Below the pieces are notes generated by a model, which was given only the letters and a program-made list of their open reading frames with translations, was not told the DNA's origin and did no database searches. Below are positions 11,722-24,762 of a DNA stretch of 64,000 bases, piece after piece; position 1 is the stretch's first letter, and each line of letters opens with the position of its first letter. The position numbers and the translations under genes were made by a program. Source of the DNA: Macrostomum lignano (lineage: Eukaryota); NCBI GenBank assembly GCA_002269645.1, contig NIVC01002527.1, forward strand, positions 16,294 through 80,293, in the 5' to 3' direction.

Positions 11722-14700
11722 TTATTTCCCAACGTCTTCTTTCAGCGTGACAGTTCGATTAAAGATAAGCCGGCCAGGCGGGCTGGAGTCCTGATCCAGA
11801 TAAAAATAGCCCAGCCGTTCGAACTGCAGGCGGCGCTGAATGGCGGCAGCAGTCAGCAGGTAGCGATCGGCCAGGGCGCCGGGCTTCACCGCCAGAGAGT
11901 TCGGATTCATGGCCGCTATGAGGCCGTCGGGATGCTCCTCGGGGTTCTTCATGGTGAACAGCTGCTCGTATAAGCGGACCTCCACCTGGATTGGATATTG
12001 TGTGACAGACAGAGTCGTTGCAGGTAACCCAGGTAAAAAAGAAAAGAAGTGACTCTGGACGACTCTAAAACACGACGCGATGTCACGGTACAAGTCGCCA
12101 AAAAGTAGCCTAAGAGTCAATTTGAAGCCTTTTATTGTCTGTGACTATGAAACGACTCTTGGGCCGTAAATTTGCACTTTAAAGCCCACAGCAGACATTT
12201 ATTTCAATCTTTTCTTGCCGCAAGAAAGGGGGTTGTTCTTTCTTCAGAGTTGTTAGCCTAGTGGTTGGAGCGTCGGGCTCATGACTTGAAGGTTGGGGGT
12301 TCGATTCCCGATCCCACTGGAACAGTTTGTGTCCTTGAGCAAGACACTCAACTCTGCATTGCTTCAGTTCACGCAGCTGTAAAATGGGTGCCAGCATTAG
12401 CTGGGGTAATTGAGGGTGAGTGTGGCCGTATGCAGCTTTAAAGATGCGCCGCGCAATAGCTGCGGCTGAGCCTTCGGTTGCACAACTGGCCCAATTGGGA
12501 CAGGGTGTTAAAAATTGTTATTATTATTATCATTATATTGGACCAACACTACGAAAATAGTTTTCACTTTCTTTGCTTGCTACTAAATAAGTAGCAAGCG
12601 GATTTTATCATCTTTATTCGCAATTAGGCCCGATTCCCGCTCTCACCTGCACAGGATCCGCCACCCAATGCACAAAGCATTTCGGCTTGGCCGGCAGGCT
12701 GTCCAACGGCAGACAGGCCACTCGGAGCTCGGACACCTGTCCGGCAGCGTTCCGGACAACCTGACGCACAGCGATGGCCACATTGGCGTGCTTCAGGCCG
12801 ACTGGCTGGTCCTCGGTGAGCCGTTTGAACCCGGCGCCAGCGCCCGCCTTGCCGCCGTCGCGAAAATCTTCTCTCTCCAAGTAGAGCACGCCGGATGAGG
12901 CGGAGAAGCTGGCAATGGAATGCGAGCCCCGCTCCGGACTGGCCGGATAGTCTGGCACCGTCAGGGCGGCCGATTTGACGGCGTCCAGGCCTTCAACTAT
13001 GGTGACCTTCAGCGGATCGAGTACAACCATGGTGCGCGGCGCCGATGTGTTAAGGATCTCTCTGGTGCAGGCGTCAAGGAGGCTGGGATCGATGTAGGCC
13101 GATGCCATGGTGACGCCAACCTTGGCGGCGAATAGGTTCACAGCTTCTGGCGGGACACCGCGGCGGCGCAGCGCTGTGAGGGTGAACAGCCTGGGATCGT
13201 CCCAGTCAGCTACAGCTTTCTTCTGCACCAGGTTGAGAATCTTCCGCTTGGACATGACCGTGTTGCAGACGTTGAGCCGGCCGTACTCCCATTGCACCGG
13301 GCAGTACAGGTCCAGCGCGTTGCACAGCCAGTAATAGGAGGACCGGCGGTTCTGGAACTCCTGCGATTGTTGTTCACAGATGGGGGATGAGATTTGCTTG
13401 CGCGGTTGCTATGCGGTTTATAATAAGATAACTGCAGCCAGATGAGGGATCATTGAGGGAGGCGTCAGACAGCTGAAGGATCATGGAGGGGACACTAGGA
13501 CATGAATAAGTATGGAGGGGGACATTAGACACATGAAGGATCATGGAGGGGGCATCAGACACATGAAGGATCATGGAGGGGGCATCAGACACCTGAAGGA
13601 TCATGGAGGGGACATCAAACAGGGAGCAATAGCATGGAGGGGGCAATAGCCCCAAACGCCCCTAAAGGCTCACCTTGGTGCACAGAGAGTGAGTAATGTT
13701 CTCAATGGAGTCGCACAAGCAGTGGGTGTAGTCATAGGTGGGATAGATGCACCACTTGCTGCCAGTCCGGTGGTGCCGGGCATATTTGATCCTGTAAGCC
13801 ACGGGATCCTGCTTGGAGTCCTCCATAGTGAGCCGCATTCTCAGGCAGGCCTCGCCCTCCGCGTACATGCCGGCCCGCATCGCCCTGAACAGCTGCAGCG
13901 ACTCCTCGGCTGGCCGATCTCGCCAAGGCGACGGCGGCGGGTTGTGGCCCTTCAGCTGGTCTGGCGACTGATGGCACACGTAGGCCTTGCCGCGCATGAT
14001 GAGGCTCTCAGCCCACTCGTACAGCTGGTCGAAGTTGTCCGACGCGTACGTCACCTGGTTGATGGAAGGGATGTGCGGGCTTGGAGTTAGGCGTTGGAGT
14101 GACGAGAGCAGTGAATTTGGTGACCCCAGAGTGACGAGAGCAGTGAATTTGGTGACCCCAGAGTGACGAGAACAGAGAATTTGGTGAACCGGAGTGACCA
14201 GAAAAGTTTAAATCGGCGTCGGAGTGACGAGAACAGTGAATTAGGGATCGGAGTGACAAGACAGTAGTCACAACTGGCTAATAAAGTTCCACCAACCTTA
14301 TAAGGCGTGTAGCCGAGCCACTCCACTATGTCACGAATGGCTACAAAGAATTTCTCCTCCTCTTTCTCCGGATTCGTGTCGTCATATCTGAAATTTTAAC
14401 AAAGCGAGGGGATTCTGGATAGGGTTCAGGGCGATTTTGGATAGGGTTCAGGGCGATTTTGGATAGGGTTCAGGACGACTCTGGATAGGGTTCAGGGCGA
14501 TTCTGGATAGGGTTCAGGGCGATTCTGGATAGGGTTCAGGGCAATTCTGGATAGTGTTCAGGGGCGATTATGGATAGGGTTCAGGGTGATTCTGGATAGG
14601 GTTCAGGTCGAATCTTGATAGGGTTCAGGAGCGATTATGGATAGGGTTCAGGGGCGATTATGGATAGGGTTCAGGGCGATTATGGATAGTGATCGGGGCA

Positions 14701-16584
14701 ATTTTGGATAGGGTTCAGGGGCGATTCTGGATAGGGTTCAGGGTGATTCTGGATAGGGTTCAGGGGCGATTCTGGATAGGGTTCAGGGCGATTCTGGATA
14801 GGGTTCAGGGCGACTCTGGATAGGGTTCAGGGTGATTCTGGATAGGGTTCAGGGGCGATTCTGGATAGGGTTCAGGGCGATTCTGGATAGGGTTCAGGGG
14901 CGATTATGAGTAGGGTTTAGGGGCTTCTAGCAATCAGCGCACCTGAGATAGCAGTGCCCGTTGTGAGCTCGCGCGTAGCCGAAGTTAAAATTGATGGCTT
15001 TAGCGTGCCCGATATGGAGAATTCCGTTGGGCTCGGGAGGGAATCTCGTGAATACCTTGCCACCAGTCTGCTCGAGGTGCCGCCCGAGCAGAAATCGAGT
15101 CCGCGGCGTCATCACGTAGCCGTCAGTAAGGTAATTTTCGCCCGGCTTGTGAAATTTGGCCGCGTCGCCGCTGATCATCTGGTCGGCCAGGGAGCGGGTC
15201 TCTTCGCGGAAGACCTCCGCGTTCCCGTTGGCGGCGGCTGCGACTGCCGCTGGCTTGCCTCTGGCAGCTGGTTGCTTAGCAACTAAAGAGGCGTTGGCGG
15301 CGCCGGTTCGGTCAGCGTCGGTCTTGGGGCCCAGCAAGTGAAGGATTTGCACCTCGAATTCGCATTTCACCTGCTTGCCGTCGGCCCATTTCAGGTTGGA
15401 TCTTTGATAGCGGGGTAAAGGTGGGTAGGATTGCGTGGGACAGGATTGGCTTTAAACATTTCTTGGCTAGATATCCTACTAGATCTGAGCTAGATAACCT
15501 ACTAGATCTCAGCTAGATATCCAACTAGATCTCAGCTAGATAACCTACTAGATCTCAGCTAGATATCCAACTAGATCTCAGCTAGATATCCAACTAGATC
15601 TCAGCTAGATATCCAACTAGATCTGAGATAGATATCCAACTAGATCTGAGATAGATATCCAACTAGATCTCAGCTAGATATCCAACTAGATCTCAGCTAG
15701 ATATCCAACTAGATCTCAGCTAGATTTCCAACTAGATCTGAGATAGATATCTTACAAGATCTGAGATAGATATCTAACTAGATCTCAGCTAGATATCCAA
15801 CTAGATCTGAGATAGATATCCAACTAGATCTGAGATAGATATCCAACTAGATCTGAGATAGATATCCAACTAGATCTGAGATAGATATCCAACTAGATCT
15901 CAGCTAGATATCCAACTAGATCTGAGATAGATATCCAACTAGATCTCAGCTAGATATCCAACTAGATCTGAGATAGATATCCAACTAGATCTGAGATAGA
16001 TATCCAACTAGATCTGAGATAGATATCCAACTAGATCTGAGATAGATATACAACTAGATCTGAACTAGGTAATTAGACACAAGCACTAACTACGCCAAGA
16101 CCCCCCAGAGAAGCTGTATGGACACAAACCTGGCCTCTCCGAGAAGCTTATTTATTCCAAACGCATAACGCTGTGCCAGCAGCTCCTGCTTATGCTTATT
16201 AATCACTTCTTCTACCGCCCGTTCGATATCTTCGGGAGTGATTGACACTCCGATGCCGCAGGCGGCTTTGAAGGCGTCCAAGTCGCCGCTGCCGATTTGC
16301 TTGAGGCAGAAATCGCAGGCGGCTGTTACCTGGGCCTCCGTGGCCAGATCGCCGTTAATAATGTGGTTGACAATCAGTTCATGACCGGCAAATGCCTGCT
16401 TTTTCAGCTTAGTGCCAGTGTGGTAAATCAAATTTCCCTGCACTTTACTCAACTCCTTGGAGCCCAGCTTGTCCTTGGCGCAGCGGACCAAAGCCACTAA
16501 GCGCTCGGTGAGGTCTTTGTTTCGCATTGTTTCTTCAATCTTAGGCCCAGATAGGCCTAGACTGGCCAGACATTCATTTGCCAT
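11722..16584 (-). CDS. QARS1: Glutaminyl-tRNA synthetase (~787 aa)
   Basis: Exons 16584-16130, 15401-14943, 14387-14297, 14054-13674, 13360-12647, 11985-11722, all GT-AG and phase-consistent. Motifs: [25 protein letters not shown] (HIGH), [66 protein letters not shown]. Confidence 0.97.
12247..12537 (+). mobile_element. CORE-type (MIR-like) tRNA SINE in QARS intron 5
   Basis: A box TAGCCTAGTGG, B box GGTTCGATTCCC, CORE-like TGTGTCCTTGAGCAAGACACT...CTGTAAAATGGG and an (ATT)n tail. Confidence 0.82.
13445..13640. repeat. 30-bp intronic repeat (GAAGGATCATGGAGGGGGCATCAGACACAT)
   Basis: QARS intron 4. Confidence 0.85.
14095..14265. repeat. 32-bp intronic repeat (GAGTGACGAGAGCAGTGAATTTGGTGACCCCA)
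   Basis: QARS intron 3. Confidence 0.85.
14415..14925. repeat. 22/23-bp intronic minisatellite (GGATAGGGTTCAGGGCGATTCT)n
   Basis: QARS intron 2. Confidence 0.93.
15470..16068. repeat. 23-bp intronic minisatellite (CTAGATCTCAGCTAGATATCCAA)n
   Basis: QARS intron 1. Confidence 0.95.
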
Positions 16585-18193
16585 GCTTGTTGAAGTGCTC
16601 TGCGAAAATAATAAGCAGATTTTTATAGTTATACATAAATAATTCAGTACATGGCTGCGGGCCACATGAGAAAGGAATTAAGGCGATAAAATAGATGAGA
16701 GATAACAGAGAGGAGAGGCGAGAGATAGGATCAGAGAAGAGATGAGAGCAGATAGGAGAAAAGAGATGAGAGAGGAGAGGAAAGAAGAGGGAGGGGAGAG
16801 AGAAAAGGGGTGAGGAGAGGGAATCATCTACTGCTTGTTTGCAGGGTTGCATACAATAGGTGTTACTATGAAAGACTATAGCAAGGTTTGATCAAACAGT
16901 TTGCTTGTTTTGCATAAAAATGTTTGTCTATAAGCTTTTGGATACTGTCTGGCTTGTATACATAGTCTAAGTTTTTATTTAGTGGATTGAATCATTGCTA
17001 GAAAACTTGTACTATATATATTTAAGCCTCAATGACTCAATGTCTAATTGAAAAAAGGTTGACAAAAAAAGTAAAGGCTAAATTAAATTATATTAATAGC
17101 AAGTCATTATCATACATTAGTTAACTATATAGTTATACAATTTAAATTAAGTCTTGTGGTAACTCCTACACTGTTTTCAACACTGATACAATTCAAGTCA
17201 GTGTCAAAATTTAGCTAGTATACAGTCAAAAGCCTTGTATAATGCAATTTTTATCAGAATAAGAATTCAGCCAGTCAGTTTTTTCTCTAGCTTTCTTACA
17301 ATGCATTTAAAGTTGAAAAGTCTACTTGACCTTTGTAAAAAGCATGTTTTTTATATTCAATCCCTTTTAACATTGAACAACTTTTTAGCCAAGACACATT
17401 TAACACCAGGGAAAGATTTCTAATTGAATGGTGCAAATTTGAAGAAGATTGGTTGAGTTTTTTTAATTGATCACATACTGACAACATATTTTTAGAATAT
17501 AAGAAGGAAAAAGGAAAAAAGGATAATATCTATTATATACCAATTAATTAATAAGTAATTTTTAAGTAATCTAGAAAAAATATATCAAGATGCCTAACAT
17601 ACCAAATTATTTTAATATTTTAAACTTAACCCAAAATGTTTATTAGCCAATGGCATATGAGTTTAGACAATGCTATAAGGTCTTACAACTATAATGCATA
17701 TATACAATTATGAAGCTATTAGTATAATATAAGGCTTATTAACATGTCCTTATAACTTATACTATATATATTTGTATATATAGTATAAGTTATTATAGTA
17801 TATATACAATATATAGTATATATAGTATATATAGTATATATAGTATATATAGTATATTATTATAACAAGAACTTAATTTGATACTTATAAAAAATCTTAT
17901 TCTTAAATTATTATATTAAAATTATAAAATTGAATATATAGTTATATTTATAAAAACTATAATCACAAACTTGAATTTATACTAGAAGGCTACTAGTCAC
18001 TTTGGCAATAAGGCATATGATATTAGTAAGACATTTTGGTAAAAAAATTAAAATATTTGAATAAATTGCTAGATGTTTGAATTTTACAAAATAAAGATAA
18101 AGCTAAGGATATTGCTTGATAACAATGGAAAGACTTTTTATGCTTTGAATAGAAAGAGTTATTAATTTTAATTTTTTTGTATTAAAATACAAA

Positions 18194-19161
18194 TACAAGG
18201 GGTGTCCCAAAAGTTCCCTGAATGTCTAACGTAGCTCTTCAACAGAGCCATGAAATTTCATGCCCCTGGTGTCAAATGAAAGAAAAATTTGTCACAAAGA
18301 AAACAAAGTTAAAATCATGTTGATATCTTTTTTACTCAGGAGCTGCAGCAAGAAACATGTGCAAAGGTCAGGGGTAGTGTTACACAATCTCACATATCAA
18401 TGAAAATATAATTTTTCATCTCCATTTTTAGATATTTTCATTTTGTATTCGTGCTATTGACATGTCAGAAAGACATGGTAGTGTCTATGGAAAAAAGCAG
18501 AAATGCTCATAAAGCTAATCTGAGCTTTTGTGCAAGTGCAAATAATTTGTACCAAGCACTTGCTTTCAACTTGGAATTTCTTTGCAAAAATGAGTTCTTT
18601 TCAGAGCCTTGAAAGTTAGCAAAGTCAAGTTTTTGCTCTTTGGTCAGTAGGATAGAGTGGAGCCAAGATTTCTACCACTTATTCTCCATCCACAGTGAGA
18701 ACAGCCTAAAAAACTGCCATTCACAGATGGATTGAACACTTTAGAGATGGCCAGTCTGCTGTGAATGATCAGCCATACTCTGGCCATTCTTGCACGTTGG
18801 GTGGCAAGATATCCCATCAATGGATTGAGGCCCTGCTAGACTTGGATGCCCACTTGACTATTTGAGAGATCTCTGATTAATTGGATATTGCCAAGTCAAG
18901 TTGAGGATTCATCAATGGTATGAACTGTTCTGTGTTTTATTGTTTAAAATCATTGCCATAGATTTTTGAGATTGTGTAACACTACCTAACCTTTGCGCAT
19001 GTTTCTTGCTACAGCTCCTGAATAAAAAAGATATCAACATGATTTTAACTTGTTTTCTTTGTGACAAAATTTCCTTTCATTTGACCCATGGGCATAAAAT
19101 TTTATGGCTCTGTTGAAGAGCTACGTTTGACATTCCAGGAACTTTTGGGACACCCCTCATA
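18194..19161 (+). mobile_element. Degenerate Tc1/mariner element
   Basis: ~175-bp TIRs TA-CAAGGGGTGTCCCAAAAGTTCC... and ...GGAACTTTTGGGACACCCCTCA-TA. Internal stop-riddled HTH remnant TAIHRWIEHFRDGQSAVNDQPYSGH...LTI*EIS resembles mariner 'RW..RF..G..S..D.PRSGRP...LTIREIA'. Confidence 0.88.
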
Positions 19162-19611
19162 TGTTCATTTTTCAAGTGTATTTTAGGAATCTATCTTTAC
19201 TAGGTTAACTTGCTAATAGACACTTTGTCTCTAGATGCATATGAGATATACTGACAAAGTTAACAATTAGTAACTCTAATTATGGACAAGCATTCAAGCA
19301 AGCATACAAACCTTAGAGATTTAGTATATTTAGATAGTAACTCTAATTTAATGCCTGTACCTTGTTGCTTAAAGCAAATAAAAGTTATTTCAATCAACTT
19401 TGCCTTGTTAAAGCTCTAAAATATAAATGTCAATATAAGATAATACTTGTTATACTTTTAAAAATTATCTTTGTAACCAATATATAGTTGATCTTACTAG
19501 TTAAAGTAAAAATATAGATCTCATTTATTAAATTAAAATCTAATTTTATTTATACATTTATGTTGTAGACTTTTTGCCTAAACGTCTTTCTTTTGTTGCT
19601 AAAGAAATAGG

Positions 19612-19912
19612 GTTATTACCTTATGGTTAGAGCATTAGACTTATGACTGAAAGTTTAGAAATTTAATTCCCTTTTGTAGCCAATGACCATTATCAGATAA
19701 TGTCTAGCACAGATTGGTCTCTAGCAATGAATATAGTCAGGTGTGCTGGTATAGTCTAGCAAAAAGGAAAAGGGGGTATCCCACAACAGCATAGTTTAGA
19801 ACTTGGCTGCAATAGGTTTGATTCTTAATCTTATTTTTTGTCCTTAAGTAGGACACTTAACTTTGCTTGCTCCAGTTCACCTAGCTATACCAATATTAGC
19901 TAAGATAAGTAA
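19612..19912 (+). mobile_element. Two heavily C>T/G>A-mutated fragments of the CORE SINE
   Basis: TGGTTAGAGCATTAGACTTATGACT and GGTTTGATTCTTAATCTTA...TGTCCTTAAGTAGGACACTTAAC align to 12247-12400. Confidence 0.7.
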
Positions 19913-20507
19913 AAGTGTATATGTCAAGCCCTTAATCCTTGGACTGAACAGCCATGTGCAACCTTTAGATATACTATAGAATAGCTATGGCTAAGCTGTC
20001 AATTGCATAATTGTCCATTAGGGCCTATGCAATCAATTATTTTTATTATTTTTATTGTAAATAGCTTGCAAATGCCAGTATGGCAACTACTAGAACCTAT
20101 CAACAAAAATGTTTATTACTTGCCCCTAATTTTTACTATAGAATATCTGTTGCTAAGTCTTATTGTTGGCTTCTAGTGAATTTGATAACAGGCTATTTTG
20201 GCAATAGCCAATTTGGCAAATGCTTAAGTTAAAAGAAAGCTGACACTTTTATTAAAATTCAACATATTGTCATTAGACATTAGTCCTTGCCATTGAAATT
20301 AAGGTAATTTAGATGTAGTCATATTAAATAATACATTTTCAAAATGATGTCTATAAAAGCTATACTATGCCTCTTTAGAGTATTTAACTAATAGCTAAAT
20401 TAACAACTTATACATAAAACATTAGTAGAAGCTTAGACTTATACTAAATTTATAAGGGCTTATATAGACTTATACTAAAAATCAAAGTTTTTTAAAATAA
20501 ATTTAAC

Positions 20508-20928
20508 TAGGGTGTCCAGTGAGCCTATTTTTAGCAAGTGCAAAAAACGTGAAAAAGTGGTCTTTTTTAGATGGCTATAACTTTTTAAATATTTCAGATA
20601 TGGCAACATTCTTATATTTGTTGAAAAGTAGACAAACAGATCTTTCAAATGATATATAGTTTGCATGTTTACTACATACAATTACAAGATACAGATTGTC
20701 AAACATTGCATACATCTTCGAAACTGTGCCAATTTTGCTTGAAAATATGGGGTAGGGAGAATTCATTTTTTAGTAAATAAGTGCATAACTGCTAAGAATG
20801 CTTGCATATTGGTTGTAGGTAACTTCCTGCAGGTCATTTTAAATGAATTTTTTTTGTTCAAAAATATTTATATGTACATGTAAAATTTAAAATGGCCATA
20901 ACTTTTAAATGGAAAGAGTGGCCACCCT
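20508..20928. mobile_element. Possible decayed MITE (TAGGGTGTCCA...TGGCCACCCTA)
   Basis: 11-bp imperfect TIR and subterminal GGCYATAACTTTT motifs. No clear TSD. Confidence 0.4.
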
Positions 20929-22545
20929 AATTCTTTTTGCTACTTACTTCGAGTGACAAAACGAAACTTTTAAGCAAGACAGGATGAGTGTAACTCCTGT
21001 CACAGTATGCCTAATAGAGATTGCCAAAATGCATGCAAATCCCTGAGACAAATTCTTAAAGAAATTTTTTAAGCTCAAAAGAATGGCCAGTTAGTTTCTT
21101 CAATAAAATGATAGCAAAACAGGCCAAGCTCTTAGCTCTTTGTCCTAAAGGCACATCCTGATAACTTTTGCTGCACCAAAGTTATTAAGCATATTTGGCA
21201 CAGCTGTACATGCAAATACACTATGGAGATAGGAAAAATGTACATTGAGGGGCTGTATGCTCTACAAATCAGTTACACATCCAATTTTTTCCAAAAAAGG
21301 AAAGCTCTTTCAATAGACACAATTTTAGCCTATTGAACTCTAATTGCACTCTAACTAGCCTACTGAGTTAGTAGAAAGTTAAGCATCAGCACAACAATTC
21401 TTAGACAACTTTTTCATCAAGAGTTAAAGAGTTGTTTGGAACAACTTTTTAGTGACTTTTATCACATTATCATTTTTAACAGGTTAAGATTTACATGAGC
21501 TACATAGATTTATAGACACAATTGACATCTAGAATGGTACTTTGGAAGACTCATTTTCATGTAAATAATGGTCAAATCATTTGCATACTACTTACAGTAA
21601 GAAGTCAAGAATCTTACTAATTATTGTATACAAGTATTACTTTGATATGAAAGTAATAAAAATAAGGTAACTGGAAAGTATACTATGACAAAGCCAAAGA
21701 ATGATACTCCTGCAATTTTTTCTACACCTCTTTTGTCTTAATCCCCAGATCTAGAGATATAGAATAGTATATATATACACAAGATCATAAAAAATTGTGG
21801 TAACAAAAATCTATAAAATAACACCTCAAACACTAAAATCTTCATGAAATAAAAAAGTTACAGACATTTTACTGTTACAGACATGCTTTTTGCCCAAAAA
21901 TGGCAAAGTTTTTAGTGTATTTGAGATAGGGAAAAAAACACAAAACTTTTAAAACAAAAAACTTAATAACTTTTTTATTACTTGATCAATTTTCAAATTT
22001 TCTGTTATGTATGCGGCTTGTATGCTGGTTAGGGTTCTTGCATTCTGATTGGCTGGGAGGTTTGTCTGTCTGCCCAGACTGGCCTAGGCCAGGTAGGGAG
22101 TTTAATGTTTGCTAAATTATGCTAGTTAGTAGTTAACTATAATATAAGTGTGCACTGGCCTTTCAAAAGCCTTTGTGACTTTTTCTACCTTGCAATCGCT
22201 TCTTACATCTTATTCATTTGGCCACGCTGCCTCAAAGTACAACAATTTCACTTATAACACTCAGAGCTACAGTATGACAATTAAAATTTTAGATTTCAAA
22301 AAAAATTTTCTCATTGGACCCCCTATTAACTATTATAGGGGCCTATTGTATGCACATATATATTAGCAGTAGCAATAGCTAAGCAGTGTTCTTTTGTCAT
22401 TGCAACATTGACAGTTTTTTTCTATTTCATTTTATACTTGCATTTGATGATTGCACTGCTTGCACTTCTAGTCAAATAAAGCAACAGACTTAAGGTAGGT
22501 ATTTAAAAGTATTTTGAAGATATCTTTATAGACTATAGTCTAGAT

Positions 22546-22944
22546 CAGGGGTCCCCAACCTGTGGCCCATGGCTGCATATGGCCCGCAAGCCCTTTTTGT
22601 GGCCTGCAGCACCTTCCAGTAGTTTGCATTACATGCGGCCCACTAAGTCTATCACTGGATTTCATTGCAGCCCCCGAAAATGTTAAAATTTTCCTAGCTG
22701 TATTGAAAATATTCCCAGAAATTTCTTACCCTCTCCACTGCTAGAAGCAAAGCTTCAATTCATTTGGATTGCTATTTTAGCCACTCCTAGTGCACAAATG
22801 TACATGCAGTCAAGAGTTGAAGTGAAAAGTAGGAAGGAATGCTAGCTTTGCTTGGCTTTGCATATTTTATATTAGCATGCAGCCCGCACACCCTAAGCCA
22901 GTTGTCAATATGGCCTACCACCCATAGAAGGTTGGGGACCCCTG
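22546..22944. mobile_element. hAT Charlie/Buster-type MITE
   Basis: 15-bp TIR CAGGGGTCCCCAACC...GGTTGGGGACCCCTG and 8-bp TSD GTCTAGAT with the central TA typical of Charlie/Buster. Confidence 0.93.
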
Positions 22945-23115
22945 GTCTAGATCATACTAGGTGCATGCCTAAAAAGAAATTGAATAGTTACAAATGCATG
23001 CCAAAAAAATTAAGTGCATATCCATACCCTTAAATCTAGGCTAGCGTTTTGACAATAAATTACCTTTTTACATTGAATAAAGGACCTTTTGGCTAATAAT
23101 TTGGTTACTTATTTA

Positions 23116-23412
23116 CATACATGCGCAACAGTCGGCCGAGTCGGCCGATCTGGCCGACCGATTTGGCAGCCAACCAAGGAAGTCGCAAAAATACCCACCT
23201 GAAAAATTACCCAAGTAGTAGTATTAAGTAGCTGACGAGACATTTTGGCTCAATAAGACAGTCATAGTTACTCCTGCCGTTTACCCAAAGTTGCGTTAAT
23301 TTTGCTTTAGGGTTTTTTACATGTAAGTTGCATTTTTGGCCAAAAACTACGTCGCATTTTTGTTAAAACTAAGTCGCATGGCCGACCGAATTTTGGAGGT
23401 TGCGCCTGTATG
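23116..23412. mobile_element. hAT-type MITE, same family as 4626-4898
   Basis: TIR CATACATGCGCAAC...GTTGCGCCTGTATG, 8-bp TSD CTTATTTA, and shared internal GTCATAGTTACTCCTGCCGTTTACCCAAA. Confidence 0.92.
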
Positions 23413-24762
23413 CTTATTTATGTCTTGTCTATACTATTTATAGCAGAAAATTGATATGTATAAACATTTGTTTAAATGGCTTTTTACAAAATAAAACACT
23501 AGAAAGCTTGAAATTTATGCTCAAAAATATGCTTTTCAATCTTTTTTCCACTTAACACTAACTCTGTATGATTTTATTAAGTGCATGCTAGGTATACATG
23601 CACACTATTTTCTTAGGGGTAATGCATGCCAACTTGTGCATGCCTAAATTTTTGCGTGCAAAGCAAGGTCAATGCATGCCTGACATTTTAGGCAATAGGC
23701 ATATACTAAATGATCCCAAGTGTGCCATTGCATATAGAAATGAATCATATTATTATACTATGACCGACCTTTCTCTACTTAATTATCCAGATCTCTTGAA
23801 GCAGATATTCAAATCTCTTGCAGTTGGTGTCATTTTAAAGAAGAGACTTGCCGCTTTCAAATGACACCAGACTCATGCAAGTGCAACTTTCCATACGTCC
23901 ACACCGAGTAATAGTAACACTACTTTCTAACTTTCCGGACGCCCCTCGTATTTATTGCTGCTTTACTTTCAGAAGTTGTAGCTTTTCAAGCGACCAGCAG
24001 GCAAGCAAGCAACCATGAATGCTACGTACAACGTACAATTATCATAATTTTCATTAATTTAATACGTTGCATGCATGCATGCATGCGGTTACATCATATA
24101 ATTCATGAACATTTATAACAAAGCATCAACATCAAGTACGTTACTGCAGACAATGTTTTTTATTTTTTTATTTGACTAAAATTCAGTATGTCTTGTACGT
24201 ATAAACTTGACCGCTTTAAGACAAATTGATTTTTGGAAACTTATACCTGACCTGACCACTTTTGAGGGCTCCGCCTCCGTGCAATAAACAGGACTGCGTC
24301 TTACGAACTCACGCCGCGCGTCTCCGTACCTCTGCCCCTCGATCATTGTGCTTGATAAATGTATTAAATATAATTTGTCCCTTGCTCTTAAATAATTTCG
24401 TTTGATTATTAATTTCATGTAAGTTATAGCTGTATCAAACTATTGTTTTATTAATGATGATCATTTGAACATTTCGTTACGATGAAATCGACCTAAAAAT
24501 CGGGGTGCGCCGAAAGTAGTTCATTGGATTTATACATAAGCCCGTGTCACGTTATTGGCGTAGAGGTTATGACCCTTAGAAGGGCCGTTTTACGAGAGTT
24601 GTAAGTCGTAGTCCCAAATGAATCGAGTCAAGTCTTGATAAGCGGATTGAGTAGCGGAGCACTTGGCATACAAGGCAGGGAACTGCCGAAATTTGGTTAT
24701 TATTGTTCAGATCAATATTCAATGTGGTTAATATCAATATAGAACTTATTGCGCTTTGGGGA

